Shown here: piece by piece, positions 14,868-27,688 of the stretch
Layout of the letters: each line of letters starts with the position of its first letter
Numbering within the stretch: position 1 is the first letter of the stretch
Assembly (NCBI GenBank): GCA_951406725.2
Contig: OX597815.1
Location: 203,298,001-203,362,000 of the forward strand
Direction of reading: 5' to 3'
Length of the DNA: 64,000 bases
Source: Octopus vulgaris
Lineage: Eukaryota
Notes under the pieces: generated by a model
Told to the model about the DNA's origin: nothing
What the model saw: only the letters and a program-made list of their open reading frames with translations
Databases searched by the model: none
Made by a program: the position numbers and the translations under genes

Positions 14868-15312
14868 TAAGGCAGCAAGCTGGCAGAATTCTTAGTTCGC
14901 CAGAGGAGATGCTTAGCGGCGAGTTGGCAGAAACGTTAGCACGCCGGGCGAAATGATTAGCGGTATTTCGTCTGCCGTTACGTTCTGAGTTCACATTCCG
15001 CCGAGGTTGACTTTGCCTTTCATCCTTTCGGGGTCGAGAAATTAAGTACCAGTTATGCTCTGGGGTCGATATAATCGACTTAATCCGTTTGTCTGTCCTT
15101 GTTTGTCCCCTCAGTGTTTAGCCCCTCCTGGGTAGTAAAGAAATAGGCATTTCGTCCATTTTTACGTACCGATTCCACCGAGGTCGACTTTGCCTTTTAT
15201 CCTTTTAGGGGTCGATAAAATAACTACCAGTTATGCACTGGGGTCGATGTAATTGATTTACCCCCTCTCTGGAAACTGCTGACCTTGTGCCAAAGTTTGA
15301 AACCATTATATT
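14868..15312 (+). mobile_element. SINE D2 with a nested D1 copy (~14921-15145)
   Basis: Host reads ...GATGCTTAGCGGC | D1 copy ending AAAGAAATA | GGCATTTCGTCC... and continues to a D2 tail. Confidence 0.85.
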
Positions 15313-15706
15313 GAAACAGTTTTAATAGTATTTTTTTTTAGCGACTCCAAAAAAATTAGCTCAGTTTTGGCAGTGTGGTTAAGAACTCTGGCAGAATGGT
15401 TTTGAGTTCGATCTCAATATGCAGAACACAGGATAAATATTTTTCATCATAGTCTATTGTTGATCAAAATCGTCTGTCAAATTTGGAAATCGGAAGCTAT
15501 TTAGAAAGGCAGAGCAGGAATCGTTTTGACTGGCAGGTGGTAAACTTAATCCGCCATACTGTTTCTTACCACCAGCTTATTTTTGTCTATTTTCAGTGAA
15601 TCCGCGTTGGGTATCACAATGTATCGTAGAACAGTCAGCATATCATCGTGTAGCAAAATGCAATCGGCATAGTACTGTGTTGAATGTCAGAATGCATTGT
15701 AATATT

Positions 15707-16077
15707 GGAAGCACTCGATGAGGGTTCCGGTTGATCCGAATCAACGGAACAGCCTGCTCGTGAAATTAACGTGTAAGTGGCTGAGCACTCCACAGACACG
15801 CGTACCCTTAACGTAGTTCTCGGGGATATTCAGCGTGACACAGAGAGTGACAAGGCCGGCCCTTTGAAATACAGGTACAACAGAAACAGGAAGTAAGAGT
15901 GAGAGAAAGTTGTGGTGAAAGAGTACAGCAGGGATCACCACCATCCCCTGCCGGAACCTCGTGGAGCTTTAGGTGTTTTCGCTCAATAAACACTCACAAC
16001 GCCCGGTCTGGGAATCGAATCCGCGATCCTATGACCGCGAGTCCGCTGCCCTAACCACTGGGCCATCGCGCCTCCAC
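15707..16077 (-). mobile_element. SINE family A
   Basis: Near-identical to other A copies, small deletion near the tail. Confidence 0.93.
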
Positions 16078-16253
16078 GAGTACAGTATACAATAGTATCG
16101 TGTTGAGTACGACAATGCACCGTAGTATAATCAGAGTTGTGTTATGTGAAGTATTACAATGTAGCGCAGTGTGTATAGAATTGAGCATCGTACTTCGAGG
16201 TAGGGCTGCACATTCAGTATTCTACAGTGTCGAGAATCCCAATATATCGTAGC

Positions 16254-16640
16254 GTGGAGGCGCAATGGCCCAGTGGTTAGGGCAGCGGACTCGCGGTCGT
16301 AGGATCGCGGTTTCAATTCCCAGACCGGGCGTTGTGAGTGTTTATTGAGCGAAAACACCTAAAGCTCCACGAGGTTCCGGCAGGGATGGTGGTGATCCCT
16401 GCTGTACTCTTTCACCACAACTTTCTCTCACTCTTACTACCTGTTTCTGTTGTACCTGTATTTCAAAGGGCCGGCCTTGTCACTCTCTGTGTCACGCTGA
16501 ATATCCCCGAGAACTACGTTAAGGGTACACGTGTCTGTGGAGTGCTCAGCCACTTACACGTTAATTTCACGAGCAGGCTGTTCCGTTGATTCGGATCAAC
16601 CGGAACCCTCGTCGTCGTAACCGACGGAGTGCTTCCATCC
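16254..16640 (+). mobile_element. SINE family A, full length
   Basis: 10-bp TSD ATATCGTAGC (16244-16253 / 16641-16650). Confidence 0.93.
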
Positions 16641-17752
16641 ATATCGTAGCACGGAGATTGTAACAGTATCTTGATTCAACACGGCCATGACCATACATCA
16701 AGATGACAAGACAATTTATTTCAATATGCTAATTCCACTATATAAAATGTTTGGTTTGTTGCTATGGTAATAGATTAATACCCATCCCATTTTCTATCGT
16801 AAACATTGTAAGCGGGAGGAACATCGTCAGATTTCTATTGTTGTTCATATTGTCTAGCAATATATCGCTAACCTAGCAGTATTCTTTTTTTCTTTTTTGT
16901 CTTTAGTTTTAATTTTGATAATTAGAAGTCGCAACACAGTAAGTTAATTAGGCAACTGATCATTAGAGATATTGGAGTCGAATAATGGAAAATAATATTT
17001 AATTTTCAACAGTTTTACTCGTTTTTTCTTTATTTTTTATATTTAAATAATTACTGTAGCATTCATTTAATTTTAAATTGATATCTTTCTTTAACGTGTT
17101 TTTATTCTTATTTTTTCCTTTTCTTTTATTTTTTTCGTGCCATCTCGATGGAGCAGACTTCTTTTAGATATATTCTCTTGCTGAATGAAAACGAACATGA
17201 TTTTATAAAGAATATCATTTTACAAAAAAATATAATTTCATAAACGAAAATATTATGCGACTTCAGTTGAATAGTTCTTTAAAAATAACACTAAAAATAT
17301 AAAATAAAATCAACCAAGGGAAATAAACCAAGTGGGTCTATAGCATGAATTTAGATAAATATGATAAAAGATGATGTTCTGCATGACTCCCCAAAAAAAT
17401 TTTTAATTAATTGAAAATTTCTATGTTTTGGAGAGAGAAAATTAAAAGCTAGCAGTAATCATTAGCGAGATAATCTAAAGAATTTGAAAATTAATCTCAC
17501 AAAATTAATCAAAAACCTGTTATGCAGGTACATGACCTGAGGTATTTTCTGCCGGTCCTTTTGTTAATATCCATAATCACCGTCACTGTCACTTGCTTTC
17601 CCCGCTTTCTCTATAGACATATCATCTGTAAGCTTTTCCAACTGGCTGCATGGTTAAGAAGCTCGCTTGGTAGCCACGAGTATTCTACTGCAACGCCGCT
17701 CCAACGTGAGAGAATTTCGTAGAGAGGAAACTCTGTGGAAGTCCTTATACCT

Positions 17753-17911
17753 ATGTATGTATGTATGTATGTATGTATGTATGTATGTATGTATGTATGT
17801 ATGTATGTATGTATGTATGTATGTATGTATGTATGTATGTATGTATGTATGTATGTATGTATGTATGTATGTATGTATGTACGTACGTACGTACGTATGT
17901 ATGTATGTATG
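17753..17911. repeat. (ATGT)n microsatellite
   Basis: Directly visible. Confidence 0.97.
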
Positions 17912-18007
17912 TGTTTTTATAAATAAATCGTGTTTTGGCTTTACGCTAAGCTCTGAGCTGAACTGAAGCACTGCTTTCCATTACCACTTGATCTACGATT
18001 ACAACTA

Positions 18008-18640
18008 ATATAGGTTTCGAATTTTGGCACAAGGCCAGCAAGTTCAGGGGGGGGGATTAAGTCGATTACATCAACCCTAGTGTTCATCTGGTACGTATTT
18101 TATCGATCCCGAAAGGATCAAAGACAAAGTCGACCTCGGCGGAATTTGAACTCATAAATAAAGACGGACAAACGAAATGCCGCAAAGCATTTTCCCCGGT
18201 GGGCTAACGATTCTGTCCGCTCGCTGCCTTTACCACCACCAATGTTAGTTTCGAAATTTGGCATAAGGCCCGCAATTTCGAGAAAGGGATAGGTTGATTA
18301 CAACTACCCTAGTGCTCAGCTGGTACTTATTTTATCGAACCCGAAAGGATGAAAGGTAAAGTCGACCTCGGCGGAACTTGAACACAGGACGTAAAGACTC
18401 ACAAAATGACGCTAAGCATTTTGCCCGTGCTAACGATTCTGCCAGCTCGCTGCCTTTAGCATTATAAACATAAGTCAAATTTAAGGCAGCGTGTTCAAAT
18501 TCCACCGAGTTCGACTTTACTGTTTATCCTTTTGGGATCGATCACATAAGTATAAGTTGAGTTTTGGGGTCGAAGTAATCGGCTTACCCGGTCTCCCAAA
18601 ATTGCTAGCCTTGTGCCAAAATTTGAAAGCAATATTTCTA
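18008..18640. mobile_element. Cluster of three family D2 SINEs: 18008-18231 (-), 18240-18457 (-), 18481-18640 (+, internally deleted)
   Basis: Each matches the D core (GTCGACCTCGGCGGAA... or its complement) and the GCACAAGG/TTGTGCC tail. Confidence 0.85.
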
Positions 18641-19249
18641 GTGATAAAGTTAAATAACGAGATTTATGTAGCTTAGCATAGCCTTATTCACTCTCTACAA
18701 TTTTATGAAATTGTGAATCTGAAGGAGAAAGTAACTTTGATTTTCTATATTCCTATGATATATCTAGTCTTAGATATATCTAAAAACTCTAGTCAGTAAA
18801 AATTATGTTTAGTCTAAGAAGTACCACTAAAAGCTTCATCTTGTGCATGCCGTCTTCCTGAACAAGTCATTTTGCAGAAGCACAAACTTTGTACATCAAG
18901 CTCTAAATCAAAGAAGGGCTTAACTCTGCGCTGTAATATAATGTAATACACAACGTAAATAGTATACAGAGCTGAAGGCTGAACTTAGTGGCAATAAATC
19001 ACCCAACATAAGAACAATGAATGAATGCAAACACATTTGCGATTATTCGTTTCTAACCTTTGCACAATGTCAAATTTGGGAGCTGGTACAGTTCATCAAA
19101 TCGACCATAATGACAAAAAATCGCCCAACATAAGCGATGTAAATGGCTGTAATGACGGCTATGTCCTTGAGCAAAGTATTTCATTTCCCGATACTCCGAT
19201 CTACTCAGCTATAATGAGTATCAGCCGACTGCCGCAGCCAACCCCCCTC

Positions 19250-19314
<65 letters not shown>

Positions 19315-19864
19315 GCTGCTACAACCTAGGTTAAATGTAGAGAAGGCCAAGTGGGTACCTATCTCTGCGCTATATTGCATATAGACATACGAACAAAGAA
19401 AGGCTAATTTCATTTAATCTTCATTTGAACTCAGAACGTAAATAACAGTGTCTGAATAACCCAAAGAATTTTTTTCCGACGCTCTAACGATTCTATCAAC
19501 CCATCGCTTTGATATCTGATATAATTCATGTCAACAAACGAGATCTTATTCATTCAAAGTATTTACTAAAGAGAAAACATTTTTAAGAATCATTTTGCAA
19601 CAACAAATTGATAAGTTAGTTCTATATATGGTGAGACGAATTAACTGCACAAATTGTGAAATCCCTTATAGTACTAGGTTAAACTTAGCATTTTATCCTT
19701 CCTGGTTCTATAAATAAATGCATACAATGTCCTGGACTACATCGACGATAACTACACACTGTAGACATTAGACAATTAGATGCAATCTTATCCAGAAAGA
19801 TCAATCTATAATTATATATAGAGAACAAGGTTCCACTTCAACAAGCCAGAATATATCTTCTGAC

Positions 19865-19895
<31 letters not shown>

Positions 19896-20650
19896 TAAAA
19901 TCAATTCCAAGTGGGCTTATGGTATAGCTATTTTAGTCAGCAGAAAAGTGGTATATTCAGATCTATATGAGTTTCAACACACACACACACACATCACATA
20001 TAGACACACTCACATACACTCGACTGTGTGTATGAGTGTGAGAGAGAGAAAAAGAGAGGGAGTGCGAGCGAGCGTATATATACGTGTGTGTATGTGTGTG
20101 TGTGTGTGTGTGCATATACATATGCATGTATTATATGTGTTTATATGTGTGCGTGTACATGTAGATATGTCTAGCTTGAGTTTGGATCGCGTCCAGCAGA
20201 TCGACCTTATTTGGAATATAGTGAAGTGGACAAAGGGGACGTACGTTCAACGCACTCGACAGAGCAAAATCTCAAACTGTTTATGGGGGAGACATGTTAT
20301 GAACTCTACCGTAAGAAAATCAGAAAACTATCAAAATCGGTTTCGAGTGTTAAAAAGACAATATTTGAAGGCAAAAAATACACACGGTGGTTTAGATTTC
20401 AACCGAGGGTGCAACGTTAAGGACAGCTCCTTTCGAAAATTCCTATAGAGTAATAGTATGTAATATACCCGCAAAACAGGGGCGTAGAAATGAGATTTTT
20501 GAAAGGAAAAGTGGTTAAAGAACACGAAGAAAATTCCATCGAGTTGTAAGACCTATGGAGGCCACTGAAGATGTACAACATACGTGTACATATATATGTG
20601 CATGTATGCGTTTGTATGCATCAATATATATGTATATACATCAATATATG

Positions 20651-20720
<70 letters not shown>

Positions 20721-20722
<2 letters not shown>

Positions 20723-21774
20723 GTTAGACAAATTTCTTTTAATAAAGGATAGGACCACCTTAGACAATAATTACAGCTTGAATTCTACGAGGAATGGACT
20801 CGTTCTAGGTTTAAATTGTTTCCAAACGAATTTTTGTCCATTCTTCAGCTAAAACAGTCTCCGGTTCTTGTAGTGATGATGGTGGAAGATATCGACTCCT
20901 TACCTATTTTTCGAAAGTACACCATAAATGTTCAATAATATTGAGATCTTGGGACTGTGGTGGCCAGAAAAGATGTTCAACTTCACTAGAATTTTCCTCG
21001 TGCCATTCAGTAATAACTTTAGCTGTGTGAATTGGTGCATTGTCATCCTAAAAGATTGCGTTCCCTTCCGGAAACAGTTCTATATACATAGGATGAATTT
21101 GATCAGATAAAATGCTTAAATAGTCTTGACTATTAATTCTGCCATGAAGAGAAACCATTGCAAGAGTCCAACGGTCTCTATCTGAAAGTTTTGGTTTTTC
21201 TTCCGGAGTTTTGCTTCGACAAGGAGGTTTTTCCCTCTTTCTCAAAGTCTGTCATTACTTTCGAGACAGCAATTCTTGATACACCAGACATTTCGGCTGT
21301 TTTCGTTACGCTAATGCCTGCGATACGAACACCAGTTTGACTTTTGAAGTTCATAGTCTGTAATTTTAAATTGTTAATTACTTTTTCGTTCTATCTGAAA
21401 GTTTTGGTTTTTCTTCCGGAGTTTTGCTTCGACAAGGAGGTTTTTCCCTCTTTCTCAAAGTCTGTCATTACTTTCGAGACAGCAATTCTTGATACACCAG
21501 ACATTTCGGCTGTTTTCGTTACGCTAATGCCTGCGATACGAACACCAGCAATTTGATCTCTTTGAAAGTTCGATAGATCTGTCATTTTAATGAATTTTAA
21601 TTACCTTTTTCTGATTATATCTGAAAATTAACACGGATTTTAGCAAAACTTAGTAAGCAACACTTATAATAAATCAAAAAACATAAAAATAAAGAAGCTT
21701 TTGGCGGTTTTATAGATATTTCAAAATTATGATACTATGATGCTAGGTGTTTCCATTATTTTGTCCAACCCCTG
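20721..21774 (-). mobile_element. Internally deleted Tc1-family (DD34E) transposon inserted in (TA)n
   Basis: TIR CAGGGGTTGGACAAAATAATGGAAACACC (21746-21774, followed by TA); degenerate GGGTTAGACAAA at 20721; peptides MTDLSNFQRDQIAG..., DDNAPIHTAK, WPPQSQDLNIIEHLW; central part missing near 21160. Confidence 0.9.
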
Positions 21775-21843
21775 TATATGCATGCATATACGTACACATA
21801 TACACACACAACACACACATATATATACACACTCATACACACA

Positions 21844-21912
<69 letters not shown>

Positions 21913-22005
21913 GTATATGTATATATATATTTGCATGTATACGCTAATGTTGAGCAGTGATAATAAATGCTCAACACTGCATTGATGGATAAATATTCTT
22001 TATTT

Positions 22006-22213
22006 GTGGGTTAAAAAGGCAACCAATGGTTTCATGCGAAGAGATCATCACAATTGTTCAAATATGCCACATGAAAGTGTTGGTTCTCGTCTTCATTTTT
22101 TATGAGAATACGCCCATACAAAATGGAGACGAGTACAAACACATCCGTGTATTACGCTTGAACAATTGTGAAGATAATTTCACTTGAAACTATTGGTTGC
22201 CTTTTTAACCCAC
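22006..22213. repeat. Imperfect palindrome (~100-bp arms, 10-nt loop)
   Basis: GTGGGTTAAAAAGGCAACCAAT... pairs with ...ATTGGTTGCCTTTTTAACCCAC; loop 22105-22114. Confidence 0.88.
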
Positions 22214-22519
22214 ATTTTTTTTATAAATATTCACTTTACACAATTTTACGTGGTTCAGATTCTATTACAACAATATTGAATATAATATAATCTTTTCGCT
22301 TTAAAGGTACAGTAACTGTGCGTTACAAGACGTGTGCGTCTGTATATGTGTGTGTGAGTGCGTGCGTGGTGCGTGCGCGCGAGTGTGTGTGTGTGTGTGT
22401 GCGTGTGGGGGGGGGGGTGCATATGGACTAGTTTCGTTAGAGGAGCTATAATAAATGCTTTTTAATAGACTTCTTTAGCTGACGTACTAAATGTGCACTG
22501 AATAAAGAATTCAAATACA

Positions 22520-22810
22520 GTCTGTGGAGCCGAAACAATGTTCCCTGGAATGACTAGCATTGTGCCAAAATTTGAAACCCATATTAAGTCTCACATGGCG
22601 GTGAGCTGGCAGAATCATTAGCCTTCCAGCCGTAATGCTCAGTAGCATTTCGTTCTTCTTTACGTTCTGAGTTCAAGTTCCACTGAGGTCGACTTTGCCT
22701 TTCATCCTTTCGGGTTCGCTAAAATAGCAGCTGAGCACTGGGGTGGATGTCATCGACTTAGCCATTGCTTCGATCTTGCTCGTCTTGTACTAAAATTGGA
22801 AACCAATATG
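22520..22810 (+). mobile_element. D2 SINE tail fragment followed by a full D2 copy
   Basis: TGTGCCAAAATTTGAAACCC, then GGCGGTGAGCTGGCAGAA...GCCTTTCATCCTTTCGGG. Confidence 0.8.
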
Positions 22811-23879
22811 AATAGGGACTGTTCACTTCGGAGAGTCACCATTTTGCATATGTGTGTTTATGAAAGTCACTGTATGTTAACGAATAAAAAGAGAGTACAA
22901 TTTCATGAATTGAGTTTCAAATCACAGCAGTCGCCAGAAGAGAAATGGAATTACTCAGTATTCTTGTTCTTTTATATCTTCCATTTTTCTGTCAGATTGT
23001 TCTTTTGTTTACGAGTATTCCTACTGGTATTCTTTTTGTCATATTGTTTGTGTTAAGGTGTTCTCTGTGGCTGTTTATTTCACTGAACAGTTTTATTAAG
23101 TTGTTTGGTTACGTTTTCTTTGTTAGAGTTGTTTTAAGGATATTTCCATTTTACTGGTAAACTTGAATATTATTCTTTTTATGCCATTTATTGTTGTGTT
23201 TCTATAAACGTATTTCTCAGAGACTATTAATTGCCGCTTTTAGATTTTTTTCTTCGTTTTGTCGAGAGTTTTGCCTCTCTTTTACATTCTCTTGTTTTCC
23301 AATAAAATTAGTTTGTTTTTTTTTTTCTTACATTCGGTTGATTGCGCATATTTCCTGTTTATAAAATTCATTGTGTTCCAGTTGATGACTAGTTTTTTGA
23401 GATGTTTATTGGAAAGATTTTTTTTTTCAGTTCGCTGATCATGTAACCTGTTTTTGGCTAAAAGAGATAATTTGAGTGTCTCTCGTCGAGTGATTTTTTT
23501 TTCTTTTGCTTAATGGTTATAAACGCAATTTTGACAATGAATATATACTAGTACTTACATATATTTATGTGTGTGTAATGGATTGCATACATAGTTTGCA
23601 TTGGTTCTTTAGTGCACAGGTCTTCTAATCGTTTATAAGTACATTTTTACGCGTGTTATACGCCTAACTAGTTAATGCAATTCAATGCAATTCGTGATTG
23701 CAGTTTGCTCCCTATGCATATCGTTTTGGTGGACCGTGGTATTTCTACTATTCTGCTGGCATTGGCCTTGCGCTTTTTCGCTACCCATAACCGTTGTTGC
23801 GACATCCTTGCTTGACTACCCTTCTTGGAATTCAGGTGACTTTTTTGAAGATGAATTTATTTAGTATCATCAATGTATG

Positions 23880-24270
23880 CTCTCATTTCTACGGTTTTGC
23901 AAGTAGACACCTTATGCGAATATGTATTTTTTTCTGTAATGCACATGGATCATAAGGTACTATATGGTTTATTATTTCGTACTTTATGTCTGACTTGATG
24001 TTATTTTCCTTTAAATCCCTGACATGTATTCCTTCTGTTAATTCTGAATGAGTTTATTAGTGTGTATGTTGTGTTATTGAAAGTTCTGGTGATTGCACAA
24101 ATGCAGATTTTCCCATCTGTCCTTCTTGCAATAATATTGTTTTATAGACTCCATCATTTTAGTTAGTTTCCACTTAATAGGCTGGCTTTTGGTCAGTTGC
24201 AGATACCTTCTTTTCGGCTATATAACATGCGTTCTTTGATACAGTGTTATCTATGTTGTGCATAACATTT
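23880..24270 (-). mobile_element. Very decayed Penelope-like GIY-YIG endonuclease fragment
   Basis: Minus-strand peptide IHVRDLKENNIKSDIKYEIINHIVPYDPC resembles the HxWxLKxxxxxYxIxWxI..PY segment recalled from PLE GIY-YIG domains. Confidence 0.45.
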
Positions 24271-26028
24271 TTAGCAGGTTTTTATCAGTTCTGCCATCCA
24301 ACTCACATTCAAATTTGAGGGAGATTCTAAGTGGTGGATCCACCAGCTTGAAATAGCGAGAGATTATCCCTAAACTCCAACCCTACTATCTTTAATGAAA
24401 GAGGCCAAATCGGTTCATGTGATACTAAATGCACTGCAGTTGAAATATAGGATTGTCATGGTTAATACCTTGGATAAAATACTGATTAACCAGGACTAGC
24501 ATAGGGCTAAAGATTAATAATAACATGATAATTATAATTCTATGAGTTGCACTGCACTCCTCAATGAAAGTAACATAGAAATATATTTATGGTAAATTAT
24601 ATAAATGAAATCTATAAGTCACTGGGAAGGTTAAATAATAACAAAACTTGCCTCGAGTTGTTTCCCTTACCTGCAACACTACTTAAATCAGTATCAGTCC
24701 TTGTGATAACGTTTTCTCTTTCCAACATGAGTATTTACTTCTGTTTTCCTTCTTATTTCAATTTTTGGCTTTATCTTTTATACTTCTAGGGTTGAATAAA
24801 AGTCGATTCAATCGAGTTTGGGCACCGATCTCCCTGCTCATTTAAAATGTCTAGTATTTTGTTAAGGTAACAAATACGTATTCGGCGTTTAACTACATAA
24901 GTTAGGTTTGTAAAACTAGATCTATAAGATATGGCCGTTGTTATTTAGAACTAGATCATATGAAATTGACAAAACGATTGCTCAAAAGCGTCTGCAAATA
25001 TCCAGTATATTTAGTATCTTTTAACTTATTTCAACACGCTCTTCCTTCTTGAAGATCGTAAAAATTTTCAGTGGTATTTTTACAAGCGACGCAGAACCTC
25101 TTTATTGACACAATGTCTACGCAAGTACAACTATGCTCTCGTTTATAAAACTTTATCATATGATTAAAAATAATAGCTAAACTGAAATATTCGAAATATT
25201 CAAAACTACTGCGGAAATAATAGAGATCCATCTCTTATTTTTATTTTCATTCATCACATACTTCTTTGTTTCCACGGTAAATATGCTTTTTCATTCTATT
25301 TTAGTTTGTTTTGTAATATCAGCCACATCAGGAAGCTGACTTAGTCGTGTAAGAATATCTTTTTGATTATTTGTTTAGCTTTATATTTGATTTAAACGGT
25401 TGTATGAAACTTGTTCCTCATCCTGCTGCTTTTACTACCGTATACGCCCCATCGTACTATTGTATACAATAGTATATAATTGATCATTTGTATCGACACA
25501 TGAATGCCATAAAATATTTTTGTTAAAATTAATGTTTTGGCAACCAAATGAAATATACCTCTCTCACTCTCTCCCTCTACATACTCACAAATACACACAT
25601 GCACACAAGTACACACACACACATACACACTTACACACACATATATATACTAGTATATTACTCGTAAATATGTCAATGTAAACTTGAATAAGAGATAAAT
25701 TATGCGAGCATTAATTTTGTATAATGGCTTCTAGTTATAAACACGTTGTCCAACCTTGGAGGTACGGACGTTCAAATCTCGCTATAACGATGAATGGTAC
25801 CATCCATGCTTCAGTATGGGTGGTACATAAGCATGTAGAAATTTGGCAAATATAGGTTCGAGAAGGAAACATCGTCAGTCACTTATGGGTGTATATGTGT
25901 GTTTGGTATATGACATTGCAGTTAGACTATTAATCTCACGAACATAACAATAGAGTATTCTATTCCTTTAACTATCCTTATAAAAGTGTAACCATTTTTC
26001 TTTCAAGTTGTTACATCATTAATATATT

Positions 26029-26066
<38 letters not shown>

Positions 26067-26217
26067 GGCGTAGGAGTGGCTGTGTGGTAAGTAGCTTGCT
26101 CACTAACCACATGGTTCCAGGTTCAGTCCCACTGCGTGGCACCTTCTACTATAGCCTCAGGCCGACCAAAGCCTTGTGAGTGGATTTGGTAGACGGAAAC
26201 TGAAAGAAGCCCGTCCT
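26067..26217 (+). mobile_element. SINE family C, 5' half ending in (TA)n/(GATA)n
   Basis: GGCGTAGGAGTGGCTGTGTGGTAAG...GAAAGAAGCCCGTC. Confidence 0.85.
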
Positions 26218-26218
26218 A

Positions 26219-26341
<123 letters not shown>

Positions 26342-26357
26342 GAACACACATAGATAT

Positions 26358-26412
<55 letters not shown>

Positions 26413-26414
26413 AT

Positions 26415-26720
26415 GTGGAGGCGCAATGGTCCAGTGGTTAGGGCAGCGGACTCGCGGTTGTAGAATCGTGGTTTCAATTCCCAGACCGGGCGTTGAGAGT
26501 GTTTATTGAGCGAAAACACCTAAAGCTCCACGACGCTCCGGCAGTGGGGTGGTGGCGATCCCTGCTGTACTCTTTCGCCACAACTTTCTTTCACTCTTTC
26601 TTCTGTTGGCCTGCTCGCTTAGCCAGCGGGGTAGCTTAATTTGAAGGCAAAAACAATGCGAAGCGCATTGTGACCAGCGCTGTGTAGCAACATCTGATAA
26701 CCTGGTCGATCACGGTGGTG
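26415..26720 (+). mobile_element. SINE family B (family A head and body, different 3' half)
   Basis: Shares ~180 bp with A, then TTCTGTTGGCCTGCTCGCTTAGCC...CACGGTG; TSD ATATATATACAATAT (26400-26414 / 26721-26735). Confidence 0.9.
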
Positions 26721-26762
26721 ATATATATACAATATAAACATATAATATATATATGTATTCTT

Positions 26763-27368
26763 TTATTTATTTATTTGCAATCTTTGTACGCTGTCTCGTA
26801 AGAACTTTCCTTTCCGTGGGAATCTTGTTATTATGTGCATTTGTCCTTCTCTCTGAGGCAAAACTTTTTGCATATGGCTTGCATTACAGACATGAAAGTT
26901 TTCAATTTCATGTCTGTCAGATGCAGAAACAGATTGAGACCAGTCCTGTTTGGTGATCCCTTTGTTAATTGGTTTCCAGTCTGCTTTGTGGTAGTTCAGA
27001 CTGGATAGGTGTTTGGTGCTTCTCACAGGCTGCATGTCTGAGGTTTCCTTTGATCCATACATGATCAGCTCTACAATGTTGTGATCCGAGATTAGCGTCG
27101 GTGTCTCTTTCACATGATGGATGAGATCCACATTGTTTGTGAAGCAGGGATTAAGTATATTGCTTGCTCTGATTGGTTGGAGTACTATCTGCTCCATATA
27201 TAAGTTGTTGGTTAGGTTGAGCATATATTCCACCTGACTTTGCTCACATTGCATCATTCGTGGAAGGAAAAGGCCTTCAAGCCATTTCGCATTGGGCCGG
27301 TTGAAGTCTCGCATGAAGAAGTACACTGATGTGCTCTTCTATTTTAGTTAAGACCTCTTCTATTCTTG
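26763..27368 (-). mobile_element. LINE ORF2 AP-endonuclease fragment (CR1/Jockey-like)
   Basis: 187-aa ORF with (G)DFN, P.R.SNIL..CFTN, SDH and NYHKADW motifs. Confidence 0.82.
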
Positions 27369-27402
27369 CGTATATACATATAAACATACATACATACATA
27401 CA

Positions 27403-27438
<36 letters not shown>

Positions 27439-27466
27439 CATATATATGTACATTTATGTATATACG

Positions 27467-27523
<57 letters not shown>

Positions 27524-27688
27524 CTATGTATACATATGTATGTATGTATGTATATATATGTGTGTATGTATGTATATATATTTGTGTGCGTGTGTGTGTG
27601 TATTTTAATTATAATAATCAAGGATTTTTTTTTAATTTACCAGTGCCCAGTATATGAAAATAGACCAATTAAGGTGAAATTATATATA

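Noticed and set aside
14315-15312. CRISPR-like repeat/spacer array
   Set aside because: The repeats are ~220-bp SINE copies in eukaryotic DNA with no cas genes.
20190-20540. Possible DNA-transposon fragment
   Set aside because: No TIR pair, TSD or peptide motif could be identified.
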